From positions 1-56,460 of the forward strand of contig CAZKWY010000002.1 of assembly GCA_964556655.1 (NCBI GenBank): a stretch of DNA of 56,460 nucleotides, in the 5' to 3' direction. This document shows, in pieces, positions 45,491 to 53,712 of the stretch (the first letter of the stretch is position 1; each line of letters opens with the position of its first letter). This DNA comes from an uncultured Candidatus Saccharibacteria bacterium. Its GTDB lineage: Bacteria; Patescibacteriota; Minisyncoccia; Portnoybacterales; UBA2143. A program made the translations under genes and the position numbers. The notes below the pieces were generated by a model. The model saw only the letters and a list, made by a program, of their open reading frames with translations, was not told the origin of the DNA and did not search any database.

Positions 45491-46405
45491 ATGAAAAAAA
45501 TATCTTTTCAAAATACTACTTGGGTTGACTTAAATAGGCCAACCCAAAACAACCTAGACAAAATTAAAAAAGAATTTAACCTTAACTCTTTTATTGTTGA
45601 ACAATTTCTGCCCCAAATTCACAGGCCTAAAATCGAAGAGTATCCTAACCAGCTTTTTTTAGTTCTCCACTTTCCAGTCGTTAATTCAAAGAAAAAACAC
45701 CGCCGCACCATAGAGCTTGACCTTATTATCACTCCCAAAGCTCTAATCACCAGCCACCGCGACAAAATCCCCAGTATGGAATCTTTTATAGGCCACTGTC
45801 AAAAAGAAGCTGGCTGCCAAAAAGAATATTTTAAAAGTAGCGGCCATCTTCTTTTCCACCTTTTAGACTGGCTCATTGATTCTTGTCTGCCTACCTTGGA
45901 TAAACTGGGCGAGAAAGTAGAAAAAATTGAGACGCAAGTTTTTCAAGGCAAAGAAAAAGAAATGCTGACAGAAATTGCTTCGGTAAAAAGAGATCTTATT
46001 GATTTTAGACGTGCCATTAAGCCGCAACGATCCATTCTAGATATTTTGGAGAAGAAAACCACTCGCCTTTTCGATAAAGAATTAAGGCCTCTCGCTCAAG
46101 AAGTAGTCGGTTCAGTCATTAGAGTTTGGAATACCTTAGAAAACCACCAAGAATTAGTTAATTCTATCGAACAGACCAATAACTCTCTACTTTCCCATAA
46201 ACTGAACGATATTATGAAATTTCTGACGGTCGTTTCTTTTATCACTTTCCCTCTTAGCGTTATTGTCGGCTTCTTTGGCATGAATGTTTTCGGTACTCTG
46301 CCTATTGTCAGAAACAACTCTTATGCATGGGTAATTATTCTTGCCAGCATGGCCTCCATAACTTTAGCGATGATCCTCTATTTCAAAAGAAAAAAATGGC
46401 TTTAA
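45491..46405 (+). CDS. corA: CorA-family magnesium/cobalt transporter
   Basis: C-terminal two-TM region carrying the FFGMNV (GMN) motif. Size is typical at 304 aa. Confidence 0.85.
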   Translation: MKKISFQNTTWVDLNRPTQNNLDKIKKEFNLNSFIVEQFLPQIHRPKIEEYPNQLFLVLHFPVVNSKKKHRRTIELDLIITPKALITSHRDKIPSMESFIGHCQKEAGCQKEYFKSSGHLLFHLLDWLIDSCLPTLDKLGEKVEKIETQVFQGKEKEMLTEIASVKRDLIDFRRAIKPQRSILDILEKKTTRLFDKELRPLAQEVVGSVIRVWNTLENHQELVNSIEQTNNSLLSHKLNDIMKFLTVVSFITFPLSVIVGFFGMNVFGTLPIVRNNSYAWVIILASMASITLAMILYFKRKKWL

Positions 46406-46408
46406 TCT

Positions 46409-47821
46409 ATGAAAATTAAACTATACAACACCCTAAGCAGAAAAAAAGAAGTTTTTCATCCGATCAAAAAAAATAAAGTTGGCTTTTATCATTGCGGGCC
46501 GACTGTTTACTGGGTTCAGCACATTGGCAATCTGCGAGGTATGTTCTGCGCTGATATTGTGATAAGAACTTTTAAATATTTTGGCTATCACACCACTCAT
46601 GTCCGCAACTATACCGATGTCGGCCATTTAACCAGCGATCAGGACGAAGGCGAAGACAAAATAGAAAAAGCAGCGCGAAAGGAAAAATTATCCCCCAAAC
46701 AAATCGCTCAAAAATACATTGAGATTTTTGAAAAAGACACCCGCGCCCTTAATCTTCTTGAGCCAAACCATAAGCCGCGCGCCACCAAGCATATCCAGCA
46801 AATGATAGCTATGACCAAAAAGCTCCTAAAAAATGGCTACGCTTATACTACTGACCTCGCCATCTATTTCGACACTTCCAAGGCAAAGCGCTACCACCAG
46901 CTTTCTCGTCAAAAAAAAGCCGGACAAATAGCTGGAGCAGGCAAAGGAGAAATTTCTGATCCGCGAAAAAAACATCCAGCCGACTTTGCTCTTTGGTTTT
47001 TTAAGGCTGGCAAGCATAAAAATGCTCTTCAGTCATGGTCTTCTCCTTTTTCCTCCTCTTTAGTAAAAAACGGAGAAGGTTTTCCCGGCTGGCATATTGA
47101 ATGTTCGGTCATGAGCAATAAGTATCTAGGCAAAACAATTGATATCCATATGGGCGGAAGAGAACATATTCCCGTTCATCACACTAATGAAATTGCTCAA
47201 AGCGAAGCAGCCAATCAAGTGAAATTCGTTAATTACTGGCTTCATAACGGACATCTTCTTTTAGACAGTCAAACTATGTCTAAATCAAAACAAAATATTA
47301 TTACTCTTTCTGATATTGCTAAAAAGGGTTTTTCTCCTCTCGCTCTACGCTACCTTTTTTTACAAGCCCATTACCGCTCTAAACAAAATTTTACCTGGCA
47401 GGCCATCCAATCAGCCCAAAAAGGGTTAGATCGTTTGATAGGGCAAAGAAAAAGATTGGGGGAAAATCAAGGGCGTATTAACCAGAAATACCAAAAAGAA
47501 TTTAAACAGGCGTTAGCCGATGATTTTGGCATTAACCAAGCTTTTGCTCTTCTTCAAAAAATGATAAAATCAAATTTGCCAGAAAAAGATAAGCTAGCCA
47601 CTTTTATTAATTTTGATCAAGTCATCGGCCTGAATCTAGAAAAGGAAAAAGGCCCTGCTATAAAAATTCCCTTAGCGGTTAAGAAGTTATCCCAGCAAAG
47701 AGAAAAAGCGCGCCTTAAAAAAGATTGGCTTCAAGCAGATCGCTTAAGGCAAAAAATACAAAAGCATGGCTTTTCTGTTAAAGACACGGCGCAAGGGACA
47801 AAAATTATCCCTGAAAAATAG
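46409..47821 (+). CDS. cysS: Cysteine--tRNA ligase
   Basis: CGPTVY..HIGN (HIGH-type), WHIECS, and TMSKSK (KMSKS) motifs. Confidence 0.9.
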   Translation: MKIKLYNTLSRKKEVFHPIKKNKVGFYHCGPTVYWVQHIGNLRGMFCADIVIRTFKYFGYHTTHVRNYTDVGHLTSDQDEGEDKIEKAARKEKLSPKQIAQKYIEIFEKDTRALNLLEPNHKPRATKHIQQMIAMTKKLLKNGYAYTTDLAIYFDTSKAKRYHQLSRQKKAGQIAGAGKGEISDPRKKHPADFALWFFKAGKHKNALQSWSSPFSSSLVKNGEGFPGWHIECSVMSNKYLGKTIDIHMGGREHIPVHHTNEIAQSEAANQVKFVNYWLHNGHLLLDSQTMSKSKQNIITLSDIAKKGFSPLALRYLFLQAHYRSKQNFTWQAIQSAQKGLDRLIGQRKRLGENQGRINQKYQKEFKQALADDFGINQAFALLQKMIKSNLPEKDKLATFINFDQVIGLNLEKEKGPAIKIPLAVKKLSQQREKARLKKDWLQADRLRQKIQKHGFSVKDTAQGTKIIPEK

Positions 47822-47851
47822 TTTTTATTCGATGAGCTTAAAGTTATAAAA

Positions 47852-49243
47852 ATGCCTGAAAAAAAAGATTTTAATCAACAAAAAACAAGCCTGCCCAAAA
47901 ACATGGAAGGGCGACTTCCACCTCAAAATATCGAAGCAGAACAGTCCGTTCTCGGCTCTTTGATGCTGGACAAAGAAGCCATTATTAAAATAGCTGACTT
48001 GCTTAAAGCCGAAGATTTTTACCGCACAATCCACGGAAATATTTACCAATCAATGCTGAACCTTTACGAAAAGAATGAGCCCATTGATCTTTTGAGTTTG
48101 AGCAACCGCCTTGAAGAGAAAGAATTGATGGAAAAAATAGGCGGCACCACCTATTTGACTAGCTTAGTTAATGCTGTTCCTACCGCAGCTCACATTGAAT
48201 ACTACGCCAAAATTGTCAAAGATAAAAAAATTCTCCGTGATCTTATCAACGCCTCCTTTGAAATCAGCCAGTTAAGCTATCAAGAGCCAGATGACATGGA
48301 TAGCCTTATCGACCAAGCAGAACAGAAAGTTTTTGGCGTCTGCCAGCAGTCTATCAGCCAACGCCTCTTTCCCATTAAAGAAGGACTGGAAGAAGCCTTC
48401 GCGAGAATTGACCGTCTTCATAAGGGAGACAAAGCGACAAGGGGCGTTCCTACTGGCTTTCTTGATCTAGACAATCACCTTTCAGGGCTGCAAAAAGCAG
48501 ACCTTATTATCTTGGCCGCCCGTCCATCCTTGGGAAAAACAAGCATGGCTTTGGATATCGCCCGCTATGTTTCTACCAAAGAAAAAACTCCCACAGCTAT
48601 CTTCAGCATTGAGATGTCTAAAGAACAATTAATTGATCGCCTTATCTGCGCCCAAGCGGGAATCGACCTCTGGCGGATGAGAACCGGCCATCTTTCAGGA
48701 GACGGTCCGGACAACGATTTTGAAAAAATTCAAAGAGCCTTAGACGACCTTTCCGAAACCCCTCTTTTTATAGACGACACTCCTTCGCCCACTATTATTC
48801 AGATGAGAACAATGGCGCGCCGCTTTCAGGCGGATAAAAAGCTGGGCCTTATTGTCATTGACTATCTCCAAATGATTCAGCCGCGCAATAGCAGTGATTC
48901 GCCAGTCCAGCAAATTACAGAAATTTCAAGAGGATTGAAAAGCCTGGCGCGCGAATTAGACGTTCCTATTCTTGCCTTGTCCCAGCTTTCTCGAGCAGTG
49001 GAAAGCCGTTCTCCGGCTATTCCTAAGCTGTCTGATCTACGAGACTCCGGCTCTCTTGAACAAGATAGCGATGTAGTGCTTATGATTTATCGAGAAGACA
49101 AGGACAGGCCCAGCACGGAAAAAAAGAATGTAGCTGAAGTCCATATTGCCAAACATCGTAACGGTCCCACTGGAAAAGTTGAGCTTTACTTCAACGAAAG
49201 CCAGGCTAGCTTTAAAAACTTAGAAAGAAACCTTGAAGAATAA
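47852..49243 (+). CDS. dnaB: Replicative DNA helicase DnaB
   Basis: PPQNIEAEQSVLGSLM N-terminus, Walker A AARPSLGKTS, IVIDYLQM, and SQLSRAVE. No intein-sized insertion. Confidence 0.9.
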   Translation: MPEKKDFNQQKTSLPKNMEGRLPPQNIEAEQSVLGSLMLDKEAIIKIADLLKAEDFYRTIHGNIYQSMLNLYEKNEPIDLLSLSNRLEEKELMEKIGGTTYLTSLVNAVPTAAHIEYYAKIVKDKKILRDLINASFEISQLSYQEPDDMDSLIDQAEQKVFGVCQQSISQRLFPIKEGLEEAFARIDRLHKGDKATRGVPTGFLDLDNHLSGLQKADLIILAARPSLGKTSMALDIARYVSTKEKTPTAIFSIEMSKEQLIDRLICAQAGIDLWRMRTGHLSGDGPDNDFEKIQRALDDLSETPLFIDDTPSPTIIQMRTMARRFQADKKLGLIVIDYLQMIQPRNSSDSPVQQITEISRGLKSLARELDVPILALSQLSRAVESRSPAIPKLSDLRDSGSLEQDSDVVLMIYREDKDRPSTEKKNVAEVHIAKHRNGPTGKVELYFNESQASFKNLERNLEE

Positions 49244-49846
49244 ATGCTTTATCCTCTAGCAGTGCAAAATTTAATCAATCGTATCAGCCAATTGCCTGAT
49301 ATTGGGCCCCGAGCCGCCACCCGGCTGGTTTTTTATTTAATGAGTCAAAATCAGGAAGAGCTTAATCATCTGTCAGACTCAATTAAAGGAATAAAAAAGA
49401 GCATTAAACCCTGCCCCCAATGCTTTAACATCTCCGATGCCAACCAAGCGCTCTGCCCTATTTGCCAAGACGGCAAAAGAGATGCTTCTCTTATTTGCGT
49501 CGTGGAGAATGTTATGAGCATCCCAACGATAGAAAAAACCAACCGTTATCAGGGGCTTTACCATGTTCTAGGCGGACTTATTTCTCCTGCCAGTGGCGTA
49601 GGGCCAGACAAGCTAAAAATCGACGACCTTGCGGCAAGAATTAAAAAAAATCCCAAGCCTATCCGAGAAATAATTTTTGCTTTTAGCCCGACTACGGAAG
49701 GAGATACCACCGCTCTTTATATAGAAAAAACGCTCCAACCGCTCAAAGTAAAAACAAGCCGCTTGGCGCGCGGCTTGTCTATGGGAGCAGATCTAGAATA
49801 TATTGATGAAAATACTCTAAGCTCCGCTTTTTTAGGACGAAAATAG
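49244..49846 (+). CDS. recR: Recombination protein RecR
   Basis: LPDIGPRAATRL helix-hairpin-helix, zinc finger CPQC..CPIC, and Toprim VVENVMSI. It starts 1 nt after the dnaB stop. Confidence 0.9.
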   Translation: MLYPLAVQNLINRISQLPDIGPRAATRLVFYLMSQNQEELNHLSDSIKGIKKSIKPCPQCFNISDANQALCPICQDGKRDASLICVVENVMSIPTIEKTNRYQGLYHVLGGLISPASGVGPDKLKIDDLAARIKKNPKPIREIIFAFSPTTEGDTTALYIEKTLQPLKVKTSRLARGLSMGADLEYIDENTLSSAFLGRK

Positions 49847-49977
49847 ATTGCCTTCTTCTTGCAAAAATTCCTCTTTTTTCTTATTGATCAAAGAAATTAA
49901 TTCTGCTGAAAGAAGCATCTCTATCTGTCCAATCTTTTCTCTCTCATTTTATCCTTCTTGCCTAAATGGACGGCTAT

Positions 49978-50304
49978 TTATTTGCTTGAAGCTGGAGAAA
50001 TGATTTTGGTAATTTCTATTTTAGTATAGGGCTGACGATGCCCTTTTTTCTTTTTATACCTTTTTTTAGATTTATATTTAAAAATAACTTCCTTTTTACC
50101 CTTGCCGTGCTCTATTACTTTGCCCTTAACTTGGGCTCCTTTTATTAAAGGAGAGCCAATTTCCACTGCTTCTTCTTTCGTTAAAAGCAAAATCTGGTCA
50201 AAAACTGTTTCTTTGCCTTCTTCTGCTTCAATTTTTTCTATTTTTATTATGTCTCCCGGAGAAACTAGATGCTGTTTTCCTCCAGTTTTAATAACTGCTA
50301 ACAT
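49978..50304 (-). CDS. rplU: 50S ribosomal protein L21
   Basis: MLAVIKTGGKQHLVSPGDIIKIEKI is the L21 N-terminus. The start is therefore moved to the ATG at 50304. Confidence 0.85.
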   Translation of the reverse strand: MLAVIKTGGKQHLVSPGDIIKIEKIEAEEGKETVFDQILLLTKEEAVEIGSPLIKGAQVKGKVIEHGKGKKEVIFKYKSKKRYKKKKGHRQPYTKIEITKIISPASSK

Positions 50305-50371
50305 AGAATTTATCCTATCTTTTTTTAAATAAAAAAGCAAGAGCTTTTTAGGCCCGCTTTTTCTTGATCTG

Positions 50372-51406
50372 TTAAATTCTTCGATGATGCGCCCTTTCTT
50401 TTTCTATAAATTCCTTCTTTTGCTTTAAAATATTAACATCCTTAGACCACTGGAAAATAACGTCTTCCAAATGATGAACTTTCATTTGCGGCCACTTATC
50501 AGCAGGCATTTTTTTATCGCCTCTGATTTTTGAAAGATTAATCCTAGCTGCGGCCTCGTCAATCAAATCAATAGCTTTGTCGGGCAAAAATCTTTCGGCA
50601 AGATATTTTTCGGTTAAATTAACAGCTTCTTCAAGCATTTCTTCCCCTATTTCTACCTGATGATATTTTTCGTAAGTATCTCTTAGCCCTCTGATAATCC
50701 GCAAAGTATCTTCTGGAGAAGGTTCTTCTACTACTACTGGCTGGAAACGCCTTTCCATGCTAGTATCGTTTTGAATAGAATGGTAATAATCTTCCGGCGT
50801 AGCCGCCCCAATAACTTGAAGATCGCCACGCGCTAAAAAGGGCTTTAATAAATTGGCTGCTCCCACTGCTCCCATTGCCTCACCAGCCGTAGAAAGAATT
50901 TGAATCTCATCAATAAAAAGGATAATTTTTCTTTGCGCTTCAATAATTTCTTTCCTTAGCTCCTCAACCCTTTGCTCAAACTCCCCGCGGAATTTAGTTC
51001 CTGCCAAAAGAGCGCCTAAATTAAGAGCTAACACTCTCTTTTTGGCTAAAAGATCCGGCACTCTTTTTTCGATGATAGCTAGCGCCAGCCCCTCAACAAT
51101 AGCCGTTTTGCCTACCCCAGCTTCGCCCACTAAAATAGAGTTATTTTTGGTCCGCCGGCATAGAATTTGAATAATTCTATCAAGCTCTTCCGTCCTTCCT
51201 ATTAGAGGATCAAGCTGGCCCTCCTCGGCCAATTCAATAAGATCTCTTGAGTATTCGTCTAAAAACGGCGTGTCAGAATCGCTTTTCTTTTCTGTCGTTA
51301 TTTCTTCTCCCCGCTTATTGCTGTAAATGGCCCAAATTAAACCAGCCATTGTCAAAATGATTAAAATGGGGGTGGAATAAGTATCTATAAATTCTAAAAT
51401 AGGCAT
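50372..51406 (-). CDS. Membrane-anchored single-module Clp/Hsp100-type AAA+ ATPase (D1-like only)
   Basis: N-terminal TM helix (PILIILTMAGLIWAI), then the ClpA/B/C D1 signature LDPLIGRTEELDRIIQILCRRTKNNSILVGEAGVGKTAIVEGLA, Walker B ILFIDEIQ, and RRFQPV. The protein ends after the small subdomain and has no second AAA module. Confidence 0.7.
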   Translation of the reverse strand: MPILEFIDTYSTPILIILTMAGLIWAIYSNKRGEEITTEKKSDSDTPFLDEYSRDLIELAEEGQLDPLIGRTEELDRIIQILCRRTKNNSILVGEAGVGKTAIVEGLALAIIEKRVPDLLAKKRVLALNLGALLAGTKFRGEFEQRVEELRKEIIEAQRKIILFIDEIQILSTAGEAMGAVGAANLLKPFLARGDLQVIGAATPEDYYHSIQNDTSMERRFQPVVVEEPSPEDTLRIIRGLRDTYEKYHQVEIGEEMLEEAVNLTEKYLAERFLPDKAIDLIDEAAARINLSKIRGDKKMPADKWPQMKVHHLEDVIFQWSKDVNILKQKKEFIEKERAHHRRI

Positions 51407-51657
51407 ATTTTAATCTTTAAAAAGACCGATATTCTGGACAAAAGAAATAACCAGCTGATAAAGCAAGTCCCAAAAAACCACAAAAGCGGATATTGCCAAA
51501 ACAAATAAGACTATTGCTATCTTTGTTTTGGTTCTTGTTTTAGTTTTAGTTTTTACTTCGATCTCTTTGCTAATAATTTTAAAAAAATAAATAAAAACTT
51601 ACCTTATTATACCTAAAAAAAACGCGGAAATCATTATTTCCTTGTGGATAGCGGTTT

Positions 51658-52689
51658 TTATTCTAGTTTAGGCTTATCCACCTCTTCTATCTCAACTCCC
51701 GTTTTTTCTTTAGTAATCCTCATAATATCTTTGTCTATCTTTCCCCACTCTTTGCCTGCCTGGTTATACATATTGACAGTAGTATTTAAATTAGCGCCCA
51801 CTTTTTGAAAATAATTACCATAACTGCTAAGATGATTGTTTAGTTTTTCAATATTTTTCCTGATCTCTTTAGCCGACTCTTCAATTTGGAGAGCCCTTAA
51901 TCCCTGTAAAATAGTTTGAAGATAAGCATAAAAAGAATTGGGCGAAACGATAATTACGTGCTTATCGCGAGCAGCGTATTCAATTAAATCTCTAGTATTT
52001 ACTTTAATGGCCCCGATGCGGCTGACTAAAATATCATAGTAAATGCCCTCTGCGGGAATAAACATAAAGGCAAAATCCATTGTTTTCTTTTTCGGCTTGA
52101 TGTATTTTGCTGTTTCGTCAATTCTGTTTTTTAAATCTATTTTAAACTGCCTTTCTAGACGTTCCCTAATAGAAGGATCTTTTTCTTGGGCAAGACGGTT
52201 GTAATTTTCTAAGGAGAACTTGGAATCGATAGGGATAATTTTTTCTTTAACAAAAATAACAGCATCGACAATATGCCCATCGCCTAAATCATACTGCATC
52301 TGATAAGAATTAGGCGGCAAAACATTTTTGAGGACAGTTTCTAAATAATACTCCCCTAAAACTCCTCTTTGTTTCGGATTTTTTAAAATGCTTTCTAAAG
52401 ATTCTAGTTTTTCGGTTACCCCTAGCACCTGCTTGCTAGTGCTGTCCACCCGCGCTAGCTGGTTAGTGACTTCGCGGATAACCTTGTTGCTTTCGCTAGA
52501 CTGATCCTGAGCGTTTCTAAGCGATTCGGAAAGCCTGCTGTCAAGCGATTGGCTCAGCTGATTGATCTGCTGTTGGAGCATTAAGAGAGAGTTCTGGTCA
52601 GGTTCTTTAACCTTTTTTCTCAACAAGATAAAAACAGCCGCTCCTATTCCTATCGCTACCAGAAGTAAAAAAAGAATCAAGTATTCCAT
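51658..52689 (-). CDS. rmuC: DNA recombination protein RmuC
   Basis: N-terminal TM helix, a coiled-coil, then DAVIFVKEKIIPIDSKF..FMFIPAEGIY..VIIVSPNSFYAYL, typical of the RmuC nuclease-like domain. Confidence 0.8.
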   Translation of the reverse strand: MEYLILFLLLVAIGIGAAVFILLRKKVKEPDQNSLLMLQQQINQLSQSLDSRLSESLRNAQDQSSESNKVIREVTNQLARVDSTSKQVLGVTEKLESLESILKNPKQRGVLGEYYLETVLKNVLPPNSYQMQYDLGDGHIVDAVIFVKEKIIPIDSKFSLENYNRLAQEKDPSIRERLERQFKIDLKNRIDETAKYIKPKKKTMDFAFMFIPAEGIYYDILVSRIGAIKVNTRDLIEYAARDKHVIIVSPNSFYAYLQTILQGLRALQIEESAKEIRKNIEKLNNHLSSYGNYFQKVGANLNTTVNMYNQAGKEWGKIDKDIMRITKEKTGVEIEEVDKPKLE

Positions 52690-52695
52690 AAAGCT

Positions 52696-52704
52696 ATTTT
52701 ACCA
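52696..52704 (-). promoter_or_regulatory. Extended -10 element (TGGTAAAAT) 6 nt upstream of the rmuC ATG
   Basis: Minus strand reads TGG-TAAAAT-agcttt-ATG. This spacing puts the expected transcription start on or next to the start codon. There is no SD. Confidence 0.4.
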
Positions 52705-52728
52705 CATTTCAGCCAAAGACCGAAAAGA

Positions 52729-53688
52729 CTATTCGCAAACCGCGATTTCTGCCACGACAAAAAGAAGATAAACAGCAAGAAGAAAAAATCCTTCTTGTCT
52801 GGTAATTTTTCTCCCTGTCCGCAAAAACAACAAGGAGAAAACAGCAGCAATGAATAGGAATAAGCGACCGACAGCGAAATAGGAGGAGCCGCCAACTTCG
52901 ATAGGGCTGATCATAGCCACGATACCCAAAACTAAGGTTGCTGGAAAGATCACCGATCCCATTAGATTGCCTACTACCATCCAGTCCTGCCCTTTCCTTG
53001 CCGCTTGAATGCCAAAGAATATCTCAGGAGAAGCGTTGCCCAGTCCAAGTACTAGCACGCCGATAAGAATAACCGGCAAATTAAAAGCCTCTGAAAAATA
53101 AGTGGCTGAACGAACAATCCCTTCAGCAGCCAAGAAAAGCAAGAGAATAGCTCCAATTAACTCTCCTACATTGCCAAAAACTTCTTTTAGGCCAAGTTTT
53201 TTTTCTTCTTGGCAGTTGTAATCCTTGCTGAATCTTCCTTTCTCTCCAAAAAGCCAATAGACATAAGCAAGAAAAGCCAGAATAAGCAGCAAGCCATCCC
53301 CCCTAGAAAGAATTCCGTCAAAAGTTAAAAGCAAAGGGAAGAGAACAATGATCATCATAAAGATAGCGCTTCCCTGAACCATCCGGCTAGGCAAGGACAG
53401 CCCTTTTCTGGAAACAAAAGCCGCAAGAGCTATAGCGATAGTTAAATCAACAATATTTCCGCCAATGATATCGCCAAAAGAAAGCTGGGGCACGCCATGG
53501 AAAGCGGAGCTAAGCCCGACAGAAAGATTAGGTATCGCGCCAGCTAAAGCAACCGTAAAAAAGGCCACGACAAATTCTTTCCAGCCTAAAAAACGAGCTA
53601 TTTTAGTTAAAGAGTTTACTAAATGGCCGCTAGAACGGGCCAGAACAGCAAAAGAAATAACGAAAATTACCAGATAAAGAACCAGCAT
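52729..53688 (-). CDS. Na+/Ca2+ exchanger family (CaCA, YrbG-like) membrane protein
   Basis: Two alpha-repeat regions: GAIPNLSVGL..GDIIGGNIVDL and GLGNASPEIFFGI..GNLMGSVIF. About 10 TM helices. Confidence 0.75.
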   Translation of the reverse strand: MLVLYLVIFVISFAVLARSSGHLVNSLTKIARFLGWKEFVVAFFTVALAGAIPNLSVGLSSAFHGVPQLSFGDIIGGNIVDLTIAIALAAFVSRKGLSLPSRMVQGSAIFMMIIVLFPLLLTFDGILSRGDGLLLILAFLAYVYWLFGEKGRFSKDYNCQEEKKLGLKEVFGNVGELIGAILLLFLAAEGIVRSATYFSEAFNLPVILIGVLVLGLGNASPEIFFGIQAARKGQDWMVVGNLMGSVIFPATLVLGIVAMISPIEVGGSSYFAVGRLFLFIAAVFSLLFLRTGRKITRQEGFFLLAVYLLFVVAEIAVCE

Positions 53689-53712
53689 AATTTTAATAAC
53701 ACCGTCTATTCA

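Noticed and set aside
51410-51590. Small TM-peptide ORF upstream of the Clp-like ATPase as a real gene
   Set aside because: The open frame has no ATG, GTG or TTG start codon after the upstream TAA and no SD. It is mentioned within the related finding but not called as a feature.
51643-51651. DnaA-box-like 9-mer (CTATCCACA on the minus strand) in the 250-bp gap, and strand-switch points at about 17.1, 45.4 and 49.9 kb as possible replication origin or terminus
   Set aside because: There is only a single 8/9 match, with no cluster of boxes, no AT-rich unwinding repeats and no dnaA or dnaN nearby. Gene-orientation switches alone are not evidence.
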